Of a stretch of DNA of 64,000 nt, positions 9,142 through 20,017 are shown in pieces. The notes beneath the pieces are model-generated. The model searched no databases. It worked only from the letters and a program-made list of their open reading frames with translations, and was not told the DNA's origin. Source of the DNA: an uncultured Bacteroidales bacterium. Lineage in GTDB: Bacteria > Bacteroidota > Bacteroidia > Bacteroidales > Paludibacteraceae. The stretch is from contig CALZOG010000001.1 in the NCBI GenBank assembly GCA_945827635.1, positions 2,567-66,566 on the forward strand, in the 5' to 3' direction. Within the stretch, counting starts at the first letter, position 1. The number at the start of each line of letters is the position of its first letter. The position numbers and the translations under genes are program-made.

Positions 9142-9539
9142 TGTTATTTTTTTGAAATATGCAAATCATTTTTACTTTTTCGCGTTATTTCCACCACGTA
9201 CATGTATATTTTTTTCATTTTTGCATTCTCAACATTGCGTATTCATAGAATAACATAGAGTGCACGAATTTCGAAGAGCGTTCGACGAAAGTCCGATGAA
9301 AGTCCGATTGAACTGCACGCGAGATGAATGATATTGCACAATTTTCACCATATATTCGCAATTACTCACGCCATAGTATTGACTCACAATATGTCACAAA
9401 AACACAATCAGAGAGAGCAAAATGTCACATAAATGGCTGTTTTGCAAAAAAAAAATAGCAAAAGGCTGATTTTTGTAACATTTCGAAACATTATGGATGC
9501 GAAAAATTTGTAAAATGTTATTTTTATTGTATCTTTGCA

Positions 9540-9547
9540 TTGTTATT
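9540..9547 (+). promoter_or_regulatory. Bacteroidetes-type -7 promoter box (TATCTTTG) for the SusC-like gene
   Basis: TAnnTTTG in an AT-rich spacer, 80 nt upstream of the ATG at 9627. Confidence 0.55.
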
Positions 9548-9626
9548 TGTGTTTCGCTATGATCATAAACTGATTAACAATCTTGAGAGCGAAACCGTTA
9601 GTAGGTATTAGTTAAATTATTAAGGT

Positions 9627-12600
9627 ATGAAGAAATTCTTACTCGTTTTTTCCGTTTGTATTCTTACAATCGGTGAGGTTTTTGCCAAGCCTCAATTAGT
9701 CAGCGGTAAGGTTATCAGCGATGCAGATGAAGAACCAATCATCGGCGCAGCCGTTCAGGTCAAAGGCACGACGAAGGGCACGATAACCGACTTTGATGGT
9801 CGTTTTGAGATTGAAGTAGAGCCCGGTTCGCTGCTGGTTATTTCGTTTGTGGGAATGTCCTCACAAGAGGTAGCCGCTGAAGACGGCGTGGTTATCCGTA
9901 TGGCAGAGAACAGCAAACAACTGGATGAAGTGATGGTTGTTGCGTTTGGTACATCAACCAAAAAGTCGTTCACCGGTTCAGCTTCAGTAGTCAAAGCTGA
10001 TGAGATCAGTAGTCGCCAGACGAGCAATGTATCGGATGCATTAGCCGGTCAGGTGGCGGGTGTACAGGGTTTGAACACAAGTGGTCAGCCCGGTACGATG
10101 AGTGCGATCCGCATACGTGGTATCGGTTCGATGGCATCATCGAATGCGCCATTATATGTGATTGACGGTATCCCCGCTGATGATGATGCAGTGAGTACGC
10201 TGAACAACAGCGATATTGCATCCGTAACGGTATTGAAGGATGCTGCCTCGAACGCGTTGTACGGTGCGCGTGGTGCGAATGGTGTGATCTTGATCACCAC
10301 CAAACGCGGCTCGACCCGTGAGGCAAAGATCAAGATTGATGCCAAGTGGGGTGTTAACCAGCGAGGCGTGCCAACGTACGATGTGATGAAAGACCCGGGA
10401 ATGTATTACGAGACATTCTACCAGGCGCTATATAACCAGTACGGTTCGCATGATGCCGCCAACGCTTATCTGCTGGATCCGAACAATGGCGGTCTTGGTT
10501 ATCAGGTTTACAGTATACCTGCCGGTGAACGTTTGGTAGGAACGAACGGCAAGCTGAATCCGAACGCCGTACCCGGTTACGTAGCCACGAACAGCAAGAC
10601 GGGCAAGCAATATACATTGCTGGCTGACGATTGGTACAACGAGCTGTTCAAGTCGAACAACCTGCGTCAGGAGTATAACCTGAGCGTAAGCGGCAGTACC
10701 GACAGGCTGACCTACTTCGCATCGGGTAGTTATCTGGATGATTCGGGTATCATTGAGAACTCGGGTTTCCGCCGCGCCACAGGTCGTGTGAATGTGGACT
10801 ATCAAGCCAAAGACTGGCTCAAGATAGGCACGAACATGAGTTACAGCCACGCCGACATGCAGTATCCTGAGGAGGATGAATACGGCAGTTATAGTTCAGG
10901 AAACTTGTTCTATGTGAGCAACAACATGGCTCCAATCTACCCGTTGTATATCCGTGATGCAAAGGGCAACATTATGAAAGACTCTAACGGTTATACGATG
11001 TATGATTACGGTGATGCGACAATCAACGGTCAGACGCGTGCATTCATGAACCAGTCCAACCCAGCCAGTGCAATAGAGTTGAACAAGTCGTTGTACAAGA
11101 AGGACATCTTCACCGGCAAGTGGTACATACAAGTTGAGCCGCTCAAAGGTCTGAAGTTCTCTGCCAATCTGGGTGTACACTATGGTGGCGTACGCTATCA
11201 GATGACCGCCAACCCGTTCTACGGTCAGTTTGCATCGTCAGGCGGTTATGCGTATGTCAGTTCATCGCGAAACGTAGGTTTTGATCAACAGTATCTGGCA
11301 ACCTACGCGCGTAGGTTCGGTGAACATAATGTAGATGTGATGGTAGGTTATGAGAATTTCCGCCGAATTATATCATCGCAATCCGGCACGAAGCAGAATC
11401 TGTTCAACCCGGACATTCCTGAGATAAGCAATGCTATCTTGTCGCCGGACGCAGCGTCATCGACGGACTATTATTTTACGCAAGGTATATTGGTACAAGC
11501 CAAGTATGACTATGCGAGCCGATACTATGTAAGTGCCAGTTATCGCCGTGATGCCTCGTCGCGTTTTGCACCGGGTCACCAGTGGGGTAACTTCTGGTCG
11601 GTTGGTGCAGCGTGGGACATCAAGGGTGAGCCGTTCATGGACGGCGTGGATCAGATTGACCTGCTGAAGATTAAAGCAAGTTACGGTTCGCAAGGCAACG
11701 ATGCTCTGCTGACACAGGATGGTTACGCCAACTATTATCCGTATGCCGACCAATATACGATCAGTGAGAACAACGGAGAGTTTGCAACGACGCTGACGTA
11801 TAAGGGCAACGAAGATATCAGTTGGGAGACAAGTTACAACTTCAATGCAGGTATTGACTTCTCGCTGTTCAATGAGCGCTTGAGCGGTACGATTGAAGGA
11901 TGGCGTCGCCGTACGGAAGACATGTTGTACTATCGTCCGGTAGCATCATCGCTCGGCTACAATTATTTGCCGGTGAACATCGGTTCGGTAAGCAATGCAG
12001 GTTTGGATGTTGAGTTAAGCGCTGAACTGATAAAGACGCGTAACGTTGTTTGGTCAGTTAGCGGCAACTTGTCGTTCTTCAAGAACAAGATCATCAAGCT
12101 GGCTCCCGAATTGGAAGGTCAGTGGATAGAGAGCCCATACATCTACAAAGAGGGAGAGTCGATGTACAACTTGTACCTCAGAAGCTTTGCGGGCGTTAAT
12201 CCCGAGAATGGTAACTCACTATGGTATATAGACACCGAGGATGAAGCAGGCAATGTGATCACCAAAGGCGGTACAACCGAAAAGTACAGCGAGGCAAGTT
12301 TCTATGCTACCGGTGATATTCTGCCGAAGATTTATGGTGGTTTCAGCACCAAACTTACTGCATACGGTGTTGACTTCTCTGTAGCATTCAACTATCAGGC
12401 AGGCGGCCGTGTCCGCGACTTGAGTTACATGCAACTCATGCACAGTGGCGACTCCAGCAATGCAGGCCACAACTGGCACACCGATATTCTGAACGCTTGG
12501 ACTCCGGAAAACACTGACACGAATATTCCTCGTCTGAACGCCGGTGACCAATATGCCAACGGTGCATCCGATCGCTGGCTGGTAAGCAGCAACTATGTAT

Positions 12601-12812
12601 CGCTACAGAACATTACATTGGGTTACACCTTCCCATCCAAACTGACAAAGAAAGCACATATCGACAATATCCGCGTATATGCAGTAGCAGACAATGTAGC
12701 CTTGTGGTCAGCACGTAAAGGCTTGGATCCGCGCCAAAACTTCTCGGGATCGAACTCAACCTACTACTCACCGATGCGTGCTATATCCGGCGGTTTAAGT
12801 ATCACATTCTAA
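9627..12812 (+). CDS. SusC/RagA family TonB-linked outer membrane protein
   Basis: 1061 aa. Signal peptide, CarboxypepD_reg-like N-terminus (GKVISDADEEPIIGAAVQVKGTTKGTITDFDGRFEI), plug region (IRIRGIGS...PLYVIDGIP), and a C-terminal ...GGLSITF barrel end. Followed directly by a SusD-like gene. Confidence 0.92.
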   Translation: MKKFLLVFSVCILTIGEVFAKPQLVSGKVISDADEEPIIGAAVQVKGTTKGTITDFDGRFEIEVEPGSLLVISFVGMSSQEVAAEDGVVIRMAENSKQLDEVMVVAFGTSTKKSFTGSASVVKADEISSRQTSNVSDALAGQVAGVQGLNTSGQPGTMSAIRIRGIGSMASSNAPLYVIDGIPADDDAVSTLNNSDIASVTVLKDAASNALYGARGANGVILITTKRGSTREAKIKIDAKWGVNQRGVPTYDVMKDPGMYYETFYQALYNQYGSHDAANAYLLDPNNGGLGYQVYSIPAGERLVGTNGKLNPNAVPGYVATNSKTGKQYTLLADDWYNELFKSNNLRQEYNLSVSGSTDRLTYFASGSYLDDSGIIENSGFRRATGRVNVDYQAKDWLKIGTNMSYSHADMQYPEEDEYGSYSSGNLFYVSNNMAPIYPLYIRDAKGNIMKDSNGYTMYDYGDATINGQTRAFMNQSNPASAIELNKSLYKKDIFTGKWYIQVEPLKGLKFSANLGVHYGGVRYQMTANPFYGQFASSGGYAYVSSSRNVGFDQQYLATYARRFGEHNVDVMVGYENFRRIISSQSGTKQNLFNPDIPEISNAILSPDAASSTDYYFTQGILVQAKYDYASRYYVSASYRRDASSRFAPGHQWGNFWSVGAAWDIKGEPFMDGVDQIDLLKIKASYGSQGNDALLTQDGYANYYPYADQYTISENNGEFATTLTYKGNEDISWETSYNFNAGIDFSLFNERLSGTIEGWRRRTEDMLYYRPVASSLGYNYLPVNIGSVSNAGLDVELSAELIKTRNVVWSVSGNLSFFKNKIIKLAPELEGQWIESPYIYKEGESMYNLYLRSFAGVNPENGNSLWYIDTEDEAGNVITKGGTTEKYSEASFYATGDILPKIYGGFSTKLTAYGVDFSVAFNYQAGGRVRDLSYMQLMHSGDSSNAGHNWHTDILNAWTPENTDTNIPRLNAGDQYANGASDRWLVSSNYVSLQNITLGYTFPSKLTKKAHIDNIRVYAVADNVALWSARKGLDPRQNFSGSNSTYYSPMRAISGGLSITF

Positions 12813-12831
12813 CGAACGAAAGGAGATTATT

Positions 12832-14433
12832 ATGAAATCGATAAGCAAATATGTATCTGTTCTCCTCATCGCAGCAATGAGTTTGACGGCATGCGATGAT
12901 TGGATGAATGCCGGTCCTGAGGGTGGGACAAAGACTGCCGATCAGAAGTCTGATGCTGCCAGTCAGAACCCGAGTGCGGCAGCTGCCGACCTGTCAGCCA
13001 TTTATGCCCAGTTTATTCAGCTGTATGCCGGATTGGGAGGCTTAGGAATTGAGCGTCACAACGATTTCGGCTATGCTGCCATCTGCATGTTCACCGAGGA
13101 ACAAGGGCAGGATCTGGTCAGCCCGAATATCGGTTACAACTGGTTCAACTTCTCCGACTGGACTGCCATTCGCGAGAATACGTTGACTACCACCTACGGT
13201 CTGGTCAGCCACCTTGTTTGGAACGAATATTACAAGATCATCCGCGCCTGCAATACGATCATTGAGGGTGTTGACCGTAACGATCCGGGTACGCAGGTAT
13301 ATGCGCTGTCGCAGGCACTGGCTGTACGGGCGTTCTGCTACTTGCAATTAGCGCAGCTCTATCAGTTCACGTATAGCGATGCTACGCTGGATAAGCCTTG
13401 CGTCCCCATCGTAAAAGAGAACATGTCTGCCGAGCAGCAGGAGAGCAATCCGCGTGCTACGGTAAAAGAGGTTTTCAAACTCATCTTGGATGATTTGGAT
13501 TATGCCTGCGAGAATCTGAACGGCTACGGTCGTCCTGACAAAGGCTATGTGAATCAGGCTGTGGCATACGGATTGCGCGCTCGCGCCAATCTGATTACCA
13601 AGAACTGGGCACAGGCTGCCGAAGATGCCGCAGCTGCATTGCAGTTGTCAGGAGCTACACCGCTGTCGATTGACGAGGCTGGCGTGCCGGGATTCGCCTC
13701 AGCGGATGCTCATAATGTATTGTGGGCTAACATTATCGTTGAAACGAACGAGGTTGTACAAACGGGTATTGTCAACTGGCCGTCGCACTTATCCACCTTC
13801 TACGGCGACGGTTACGCCGGCGTAGGTGCTACGCGTTATATAGCCAGTGCCCTGTATGAGCAGATCTCTGCTACCGATGTGCGCAAAGGCTGGTGGCTGA
13901 ACGATAAGTTGGAATCACCCCTCCTGGATGCCGCAGGCTACAATGTCATGAAGGAAGCTATTCAGGTTGAGGGCAATGAACTCGTCAACGTGAAGTTCGG
14001 CACGGGCGATGGCACCACAACGGGCTTAGGTGCGGCTGCAGCCGACTGGATCTTGATGCGTGCCGAAGAACTGGAACTGATCAAAGCCGAAGGCTTGGCG
14101 CGTTCGGGTGGCGACGGCGCAGGTGCGCTTGCACAGTTCGTGCAACAATACCGTGATCCTTTGTACACTGTAGCTGCACACGGCTTGAGCATACTGGATG
14201 AGATATGGTGGCAGCGTCGAGTAGAACTATGGGGTGAAGGCTTTGCCTTCGGTGACATCATGCGTCTTGAGAAACCTATCGTTCGCACGAACTCCACCAA
14301 CTGGCCTTCTGCATGGGCTGAACAAAATGTGGATGCCAATAATGGGGTGCTGCTGTGGCGCATTCCGCAATCTGAGATTGAAGCAAACAAGGGTATAAGC
14401 GAAGGCGATAACAACCCGTTTGTGGCATACTAA
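12832..14433 (+). CDS. SusD/RagB family nutrient-binding outer membrane lipoprotein
   Basis: 533 aa. Lipoprotein signal (...SLTAC), TPR-like helical body, and the characteristic ...WWQRRVELWGEGFAFGDIMR motif. Immediately downstream of the SusC-like gene. Confidence 0.9.
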   Translation: MKSISKYVSVLLIAAMSLTACDDWMNAGPEGGTKTADQKSDAASQNPSAAAADLSAIYAQFIQLYAGLGGLGIERHNDFGYAAICMFTEEQGQDLVSPNIGYNWFNFSDWTAIRENTLTTTYGLVSHLVWNEYYKIIRACNTIIEGVDRNDPGTQVYALSQALAVRAFCYLQLAQLYQFTYSDATLDKPCVPIVKENMSAEQQESNPRATVKEVFKLILDDLDYACENLNGYGRPDKGYVNQAVAYGLRARANLITKNWAQAAEDAAAALQLSGATPLSIDEAGVPGFASADAHNVLWANIIVETNEVVQTGIVNWPSHLSTFYGDGYAGVGATRYIASALYEQISATDVRKGWWLNDKLESPLLDAAGYNVMKEAIQVEGNELVNVKFGTGDGTTTGLGAAAADWILMRAEELELIKAEGLARSGGDGAGALAQFVQQYRDPLYTVAAHGLSILDEIWWQRRVELWGEGFAFGDIMRLEKPIVRTNSTNWPSAWAEQNVDANNGVLLWRIPQSEIEANKGISEGDNNPFVAY

Positions 14434-14452
14434 TCATTAAATAGAACCGATT

Positions 14453-16369
14453 ATGAAAACGATAAATAAATATATGTGTCTGCTTGCAGTGATCGCCATA
14501 GCGTTATCGGGCTGCAAGAATGATATTGAACGCGAGGCTTCGCCTACTATCGGTACAGATGTAGTAGCGTTTAAGGGTTCAAGCGCAACGGTGGATATCA
14601 ACCCCATGAAAAGTGCCTTGGAGTATGCCGTAACCGTCGTACGCAGTTCAACCGACGAAGACCTGACGGTCGGCATAGGCGTGGCTGATGGTGACAATGA
14701 TATCATCAATGTACCCGAAAACATCTCGTTTGCCAAAGGCGAAAGTGCTGCCACGCTGCTGCTTACGTTCCCGAACGCAGAGTTGGATTCAACATACAGC
14801 GTTCGTCTGACCATTCAGGAGAAGAACCAATCACCCTATCTGGACGGTGCGTCTACGTTTGACTTCACCGTGAATATCGCCACGTGGGAAACATCGGCTA
14901 CACAGGCAATCTTCGTTGATGGTATAGTGAACATCTGGTTTGCTACTCCCGAGAGTGCATGGTATGTGGAATATGAATCCAAGCAGAACTCTGACGGCTC
15001 AAGCGACTACCGCTTCTTCAACCCGTACAGCACGCTCCCCCGCTCGTCCGTGCCGGATCAGTTTGGCATATATGATGCCTATCCATGGAACGCGCCCGGC
15101 GATACCGACGAGGATAACGACTACCCGATGACCATGCACATCAATGCAGACGGAACAGCCTATATCCAAGCGTTTGATTTAGGTATGGATTGGGACTATG
15201 GTATGTTAAAGGCAGGTACTGCCGAAGAGGCGTTCGGGCAGTTTGATGCAGAGACTAACTCAGTTACCTTCCCCGCAGGCACACTGCTTTGCGCAATGGC
15301 GGACTACGCTAATGGAGCTTACAATGTCGGCACGGAAGATATGGTGATTTATCTGGACGCTACCGCTTATCAGAACGACCACCTGCAGATTGCTGATTTC
15401 AACTCCGCTGATATTGAGTGGGAGGAAGTTGAGAGCGAGGTAAACCTGTTTGAGTCCACGATCTTCAACTTTACCAACGAGGAGCAGAAACTCTTCAAAG
15501 CCGTCAATCCGCTTCAAGACAACCCAAAGAGTCCGTACATCAATCTGTACTGTCTGAAGGACGTTTATGCCGCAGGCGGTAATCTGGCGTTCTACTGGGA
15601 TGGCGAGGACGGCGAATTGGATGTGCCGGCCAATCAGAATACCAAGCTGTCGTTCATGCAGCAAGATCTGTATATCGTAGATGCCATAGGTAACGTAACC
15701 ACCAGCGATGTGAAAGGTGCACAGGTCAAAGTGTTCACTTTCGACATTATCGTAGCTACACAGGCCGGCAATCTGGTGGGCGAATATATCGAGACCTTCT
15801 CGCTTGCAAACGCCGCTATCGTATTCTCCAAATCCGACTATATCGGCAACTTTACCCTCACCGGCGATAGCCAATGGGCGGGCGAAGAACCGGCCGATAT
15901 GCCCGTGGAGATCAAAGAGGACGGCGAAAGTCTTATTCTGCTCGGCGTGCAATTCTGCGACACGATACGCTTAGGCTTCGATGCCGAGAGCGGAGCTATC
16001 AGCATCGAGCCGCAGCAGTTAGGTGACTACGGTCCTTACGACATAACGCTTTATACCAGCGTGGATGGTGAAGCCGATGACGAAGCCGCCCTGACCATGG
16101 CATTCGGACTATCCGGAGTTGCCAAGATCACAGCTGACAGCGAGGCGGACGGATACTTCCTCGTAAGCGAAGCTGCCGAAGGAGCGGTGGACGGATATAA
16201 GAACCTCAAACTCACTCCTGTCGCCGATCAGGCACCACGACGTACACCGGCTGCTATCCAAGGCGCAAAAGACCCCAAGAACCTGCTACACTCGGGTCAG
16301 CGCAACACGCCGAACGTCAGCCACCTGCAGATCCAAGGCAAGTATCGCCCGAAGATGCGCAAACTGTAA
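14453..16369 (+). CDS. surface lipoprotein of unknown function (SusE/F-position, possible ligand-binding protein)
   Basis: 638 aa. Lipobox ...IALSGC. N-terminal beta-sandwich-like segment resembling DUF1735-type domains. Third gene of the SusC/SusD locus, followed by a strong terminator. Confidence 0.7.
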   Translation: MKTINKYMCLLAVIAIALSGCKNDIEREASPTIGTDVVAFKGSSATVDINPMKSALEYAVTVVRSSTDEDLTVGIGVADGDNDIINVPENISFAKGESAATLLLTFPNAELDSTYSVRLTIQEKNQSPYLDGASTFDFTVNIATWETSATQAIFVDGIVNIWFATPESAWYVEYESKQNSDGSSDYRFFNPYSTLPRSSVPDQFGIYDAYPWNAPGDTDEDNDYPMTMHINADGTAYIQAFDLGMDWDYGMLKAGTAEEAFGQFDAETNSVTFPAGTLLCAMADYANGAYNVGTEDMVIYLDATAYQNDHLQIADFNSADIEWEEVESEVNLFESTIFNFTNEEQKLFKAVNPLQDNPKSPYINLYCLKDVYAAGGNLAFYWDGEDGELDVPANQNTKLSFMQQDLYIVDAIGNVTTSDVKGAQVKVFTFDIIVATQAGNLVGEYIETFSLANAAIVFSKSDYIGNFTLTGDSQWAGEEPADMPVEIKEDGESLILLGVQFCDTIRLGFDAESGAISIEPQQLGDYGPYDITLYTSVDGEADDEAALTMAFGLSGVAKITADSEADGYFLVSEAAEGAVDGYKNLKLTPVADQAPRRTPAAIQGAKDPKNLLHSGQRNTPNVSHLQIQGKYRPKMRKL

Positions 16370-16382
16370 TGGCTTGACTGAT

Positions 16383-16429
16383 TACAAAATTCCCCTGAAG
16401 TTCATAATCGCCTTCAGGGGAATTTTGTA
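16383..16429. terminator. bidirectional terminator hairpin (18-bp perfect stem)
   Basis: TACAAAATTCCCCTGAAG (16383-16400) pairs perfectly with CTTCAGGGGAATTTTGTA (16412-16429), with an 11-nt loop. Lies between the convergent lipoprotein gene and rmuC. Confidence 0.7.
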
Positions 16430-16569
16430 TATATGCGCTTTCACGCACGCTCATTGTCCGTGATAGATCAGAATTATGGAGGAAAACGCCTATATGCTCT
16501 TATACATAGGCACTCGGTTATACCGAGCAACTGCAAGCATTGATGCAGGCAACGGTAGCCGGATTTTGA

Positions 16570-17856
16570 TCAATCCGCATCGGAAACGGAAGGTAGCGAC
16601 TTGCTCGCCTTGGCGCCCAGCTCGCGTATGCGGTCTGCCGTACGCAGCACGTTGCCGTTGCCTTCAGATAGCTTCTTGAACGTCTCGTTATACGCCTTCT
16701 GCGCCGCATCAAGACTCTTCTGCACCTTCTGGAAATCCTCGGTCATACCGCATAATTTGTCGTACATCGCACCCGCCAAACGGGCTATCTCCTGCGCATT
16801 ACGGCTCTGGTTCTCCTGCTTCCAGACATAACTGATGGTATGCAGCGTAGCAAGCAAGGTCGTTGGACTCACAATCACAATCTTCCGCTCCAAGGCATAA
16901 TCGTACAAGGTGCTGTCGGCTTGAATAGCTACACTATATGACGCCTCAATTGGCACGAACATCAGCACAAAGTCCGGTGTATTCAACCCTGTCGCACGCT
17001 GGTACTGCTTCTCGTACAGCTCTTTCACATGCTGCTTGAGCGATTCGGTGTGCGCCTTGAGCAGACTCTTGTACTGCTCATCCGTCTCAGCGTGCTGCAA
17101 TTGCTCGTAGGCCACCAGCGACACCTTCGAATCGACAATGATATGTTTGTTATCCGGCATGCGGATGATCACGTCCGGACGCAACACATCGCCCTCCACT
17201 CCATGCACAACCACCTCACGCTCATACTCCATCCCCTTGCGCAGACCGGATGCTTCGAGCACCTTCTCTAAGATGAACTCACCCCAGTTACCCTGCTTCT
17301 TCACGTCACCTTTCAGCGCCTGCGTCAGGTTGGTGGCGTCCTTCGAGAGCGTCTGGTTGAGCTCGATCAAATGCTTAAGCTCCGCTTGCAGCGAGGCTTT
17401 CTCGCGAGTCTCTTGATTGAACGCGTTGCTCACCTGCTCACGAAAATCCTTGATCCGCTCGCTCAGCGGCAACAGCATATCGCCAATCTGCTTGCGGCTC
17501 TGTTGCGAAAAATCCTCCTGACGCTGCTGCAACACACGGTTGGCGATGTTCTCAAACTCCGTGGTCAAACGCTGTTGCATCTCTGCCAGTTCGCGCTTAT
17601 GCTGCTCTTGCGCAGCCTGCGCCTCCGACAACTGCTTGTCAAGCTGCTGTTGCAGGTGACGACCGTCGGCTTGGGCGGTTGCCAGCTCGGCTGTTAGGGC
17701 AGTCACTTTCTCGCGCAAGGCTACTGTATCCGACATGCTTTGTTCGTACAATGCACGGGACTGCTCCGACTGCTTGCGCATAACCAACCATACAATCACC
17801 GCACCGACGATAGCGCCGATGAGCAGCATCACTATACTAACAACATAAATCGTCAT
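16570..17856 (-). CDS. rmuC: DNA recombination protein RmuC
   Basis: 428 aa. N-terminal TM helix, long coiled-coil, and a C-terminal RmuC nuclease-like region (...PDFVLMFVPIEASY...). Confidence 0.88.
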   Translation of the reverse strand: MTIYVVSIVMLLIGAIVGAVIVWLVMRKQSEQSRALYEQSMSDTVALREKVTALTAELATAQADGRHLQQQLDKQLSEAQAAQEQHKRELAEMQQRLTTEFENIANRVLQQRQEDFSQQSRKQIGDMLLPLSERIKDFREQVSNAFNQETREKASLQAELKHLIELNQTLSKDATNLTQALKGDVKKQGNWGEFILEKVLEASGLRKGMEYEREVVVHGVEGDVLRPDVIIRMPDNKHIIVDSKVSLVAYEQLQHAETDEQYKSLLKAHTESLKQHVKELYEKQYQRATGLNTPDFVLMFVPIEASYSVAIQADSTLYDYALERKIVIVSPTTLLATLHTISYVWKQENQSRNAQEIARLAGAMYDKLCGMTEDFQKVQKSLDAAQKAYNETFKKLSEGNGNVLRTADRIRELGAKASKSLPSVSDAD

Positions 17857-17858
17857 AC

Positions 17859-19154
17859 TTATGCAAGCAATCTGTTGGTATCAATCTTCGCCAGTTTCTG
17901 TTCAGCCAGCTCGCGCGTTATAACACAATCCTGCTTGGGAATGTCGAACATGATATCCATCATGATTGTCTCTGTCAGGCTGCGCAGCCCGCGTGCACCA
18001 AGTTTGAACTCAATGGCTTTATCTACAATATAATCCAACGCTCTCTCATCAAAGGTCAGCCGCACACCATCCATCTTCATCAGTTTCTCGTACTGCTTGG
18101 TGATGGCATTCTTCGGCTCGGTCAGGATACGTTTCAGTGCCTCTCGGTCTAAAGGCTCCAGATAGGTGATGATCGGCAGTCGACCGATGATCTCAGGGAT
18201 GAGCCCGAACGCCTTCAGATCCTGCGGAGCGATGTATTGCAGCAGGTCATCCTTGTCTATGCGCTTGGTTTTGTTCTGCGACTCAAACCCTACCACCTGC
18301 GTGTTCAACCGCTGGGCGATCTTCTTCTCTATACCATCGAACGCACCTCCGCAGATGAACAGAATATTCTGCGTGTTCACATGAATAAACTCCTGCTCAG
18401 GATGCTTGCGTCCGCCCTTGGGCGGCACGTTCACCACTGCACCTTCCAGCAGTTTCAGCAGCCCTTGCTGCACACCCTCACCCGATACGTCACGCGTGAT
18501 GGAGGGATTGTCGCTCTTGCGGGCAATCTTGTCTATCTCATCAATGAACACGATGCCACGTTCCGTCTTCTCCAGATCATAATCCGCTTCTTGTAGCAGC
18601 CGCACCAGCAGCGACTCAACATCCTCGCCCACATATCCGGCTTCCGTCAGCACCGTGGCATCTACGATGGTGAATGGCACTGCCAGCATCTTCGCTATCG
18701 TACGCGCCATCAACGTCTTACCCGTACCCGTTGAACCTACAAGGATGATGTTCGACTTCTCAATCTCCACACCATCATCCGAGTCCGGCTGAAGCAGACG
18801 CTTGTAGTGGTTATATACCGCCACCGACAGGTTCTTCTTCGCCTCATCCTGACCAATCACATATTGGTCGAGAAACGACTTGATCTGCGTCGGTCGGGGC
18901 AGCGACTGCAGATCCAGCTTGCCAGTGTTCACTATACCCGCCTCAGCTGCCTCTGCGCGGTTCTTCTCCTTACGGCGTTGGCGTTCTTCGGAATGGTCGC
19001 CCTCCAATGCTCCGGGGTACTGCTCTGCCAGAATAGCATGAGCGTTCTCTATGCAGTCAAAGCAGATGAACCTGCCGTCCACGCCCTGAAACAACTGCTC
19101 GTAAGGCACCTCTGTGCCACAAAACGAACAACGTCCTTTGTCTTTCTTACTCAT
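17859..19154 (-). CDS. clpX: ATP-dependent Clp protease ATP-binding subunit ClpX
   Basis: N-terminal zinc-binding CSFCG...CFDC, Walker A GSTGTGKT, and an AAA+ body. Directly downstream of clpP. Confidence 0.95.
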   Translation of the reverse strand: MSKKDKGRCSFCGTEVPYEQLFQGVDGRFICFDCIENAHAILAEQYPGALEGDHSEERQRRKEKNRAEAAEAGIVNTGKLDLQSLPRPTQIKSFLDQYVIGQDEAKKNLSVAVYNHYKRLLQPDSDDGVEIEKSNIILVGSTGTGKTLMARTIAKMLAVPFTIVDATVLTEAGYVGEDVESLLVRLLQEADYDLEKTERGIVFIDEIDKIARKSDNPSITRDVSGEGVQQGLLKLLEGAVVNVPPKGGRKHPEQEFIHVNTQNILFICGGAFDGIEKKIAQRLNTQVVGFESQNKTKRIDKDDLLQYIAPQDLKAFGLIPEIIGRLPIITYLEPLDREALKRILTEPKNAITKQYEKLMKMDGVRLTFDERALDYIVDKAIEFKLGARGLRSLTETIMMDIMFDIPKQDCVITRELAEQKLAKIDTNRLLA

Positions 19155-19168
19155 GATCCTCAGCCTCC

Positions 19169-19852
19169 TTATCTCTCCGCCTTCGTATATACGCGGTCAA
19201 TCATTCCGTAGTTGAGTGCCTCTTGTGCTGTCATCCAGTAGTCGCGGTCAGCGTCCTGACGAATCTTGTCGATGGTCTGATGCGAGTGGTCGGCAATGAT
19301 CTGGTAGAGTTCGTCCTTCAGTTTCAGTATCTCGCGTGCAGTGATCTCTATATCGCTCGCCTGACCTTGTATGCCGCCCATCGGCTGATGGATCATCACG
19401 CGCGAGTGGGGCAACGCACTACGCATACCAGCCTCGCCCGCAACAAGCAACACGGCACCCATCGAGGCTGCCATACCCGTACACATAGTGCTTACCTTCG
19501 ACGACACGAACTGCATCGTATCATATATACCCAATCCGGCATACACCGAGCCGCCGGGAGTGTTCAGGTAGAGGTGGATATCTCTATCCGGGTCACTGGA
19601 GTTGAGGTACAACAGTTGCGCCTCTATCACATTGGCGGTATAATCGTTAATCTCCGTGCCGAGGAAAATGATTCGGTCCATCATTAGTCGCGAGAACACA
19701 TCCATCTGTGTCACGTTCAGCTGGCGTTCTTCGAGAATAGAAGGACTGATATAGTTCGCTCTGGGCTGCGCAGCTATCGAGTCGTGCATAACTTGCTCCA
19801 CGTGCATGCTGTTCATGCCCTGAGCGGTAGCGAATTTAAGGAAATCGTTCAT
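19169..19852 (-). CDS. clpP: ATP-dependent Clp protease proteolytic subunit ClpP
   Basis: Catalytic Ser context GMAASMGA, His context VMIHQP, and LNTPGGSV. Confidence 0.95.
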   Translation of the reverse strand: MNDFLKFATAQGMNSMHVEQVMHDSIAAQPRANYISPSILEERQLNVTQMDVFSRLMMDRIIFLGTEINDYTANVIEAQLLYLNSSDPDRDIHLYLNTPGGSVYAGLGIYDTMQFVSSKVSTMCTGMAASMGAVLLVAGEAGMRSALPHSRVMIHQPMGGIQGQASDIEITAREILKLKDELYQIIADHSHQTIDKIRQDADRDYWMTAQEALNYGMIDRVYTKAER

Positions 19853-19892
19853 ATTCGTTGTAATTTATTCAAGTTTTCAAATTCTCTCTCCC

Positions 19893-19920
19893 CCTCACCT
19901 CTAAACCCTCAACGCTCAAC
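19893..19920. repeat. NCTCAAC-family heptad repeats (CCTCACC TCTAAAC CCTCAAC GCTCAAC)
   Basis: Four heptads, two of them perfect, in the rpsT-clpP spacer. Immediately followed by an 8-bp-stem hairpin, CTCCCCTC-TTT-GAGGGGAG, at 19926-19944. Confidence 0.6.
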
Positions 19921-19961
19921 TCTCTCTCCCCTCTTTGAGGGGAGCCGGAAGGGGATTTAAG

Positions 19962-19996
19962 ACAACAAAGGCCGCCAATGCTGGCAGCCTTGTTGT
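19962..19996 (-). terminator. putative terminator hairpin downstream of rpsT
   Basis: ACAACAA(A)GGC...GCCTTGTTGT outer stem plus a GCCA/TGGC inner stem, with an ATGC loop. Lies 22 nt after the rpsT stop. The U-tail is weak. Confidence 0.45.
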
Positions 19997-20017
19997 ATCA
20001 CCTGACAAGGAACCCGC

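Noticed and set aside
16430-16712. Short ORFs 16476-16679 (+) and 16518-16712 (-).
   Set aside because: They lie in the terminator spacer and overlap the 3' end of rmuC. They have no motifs. The region is better explained by hairpins (for example CTCGGT-TATA-ACCGAG) downstream of rmuC.
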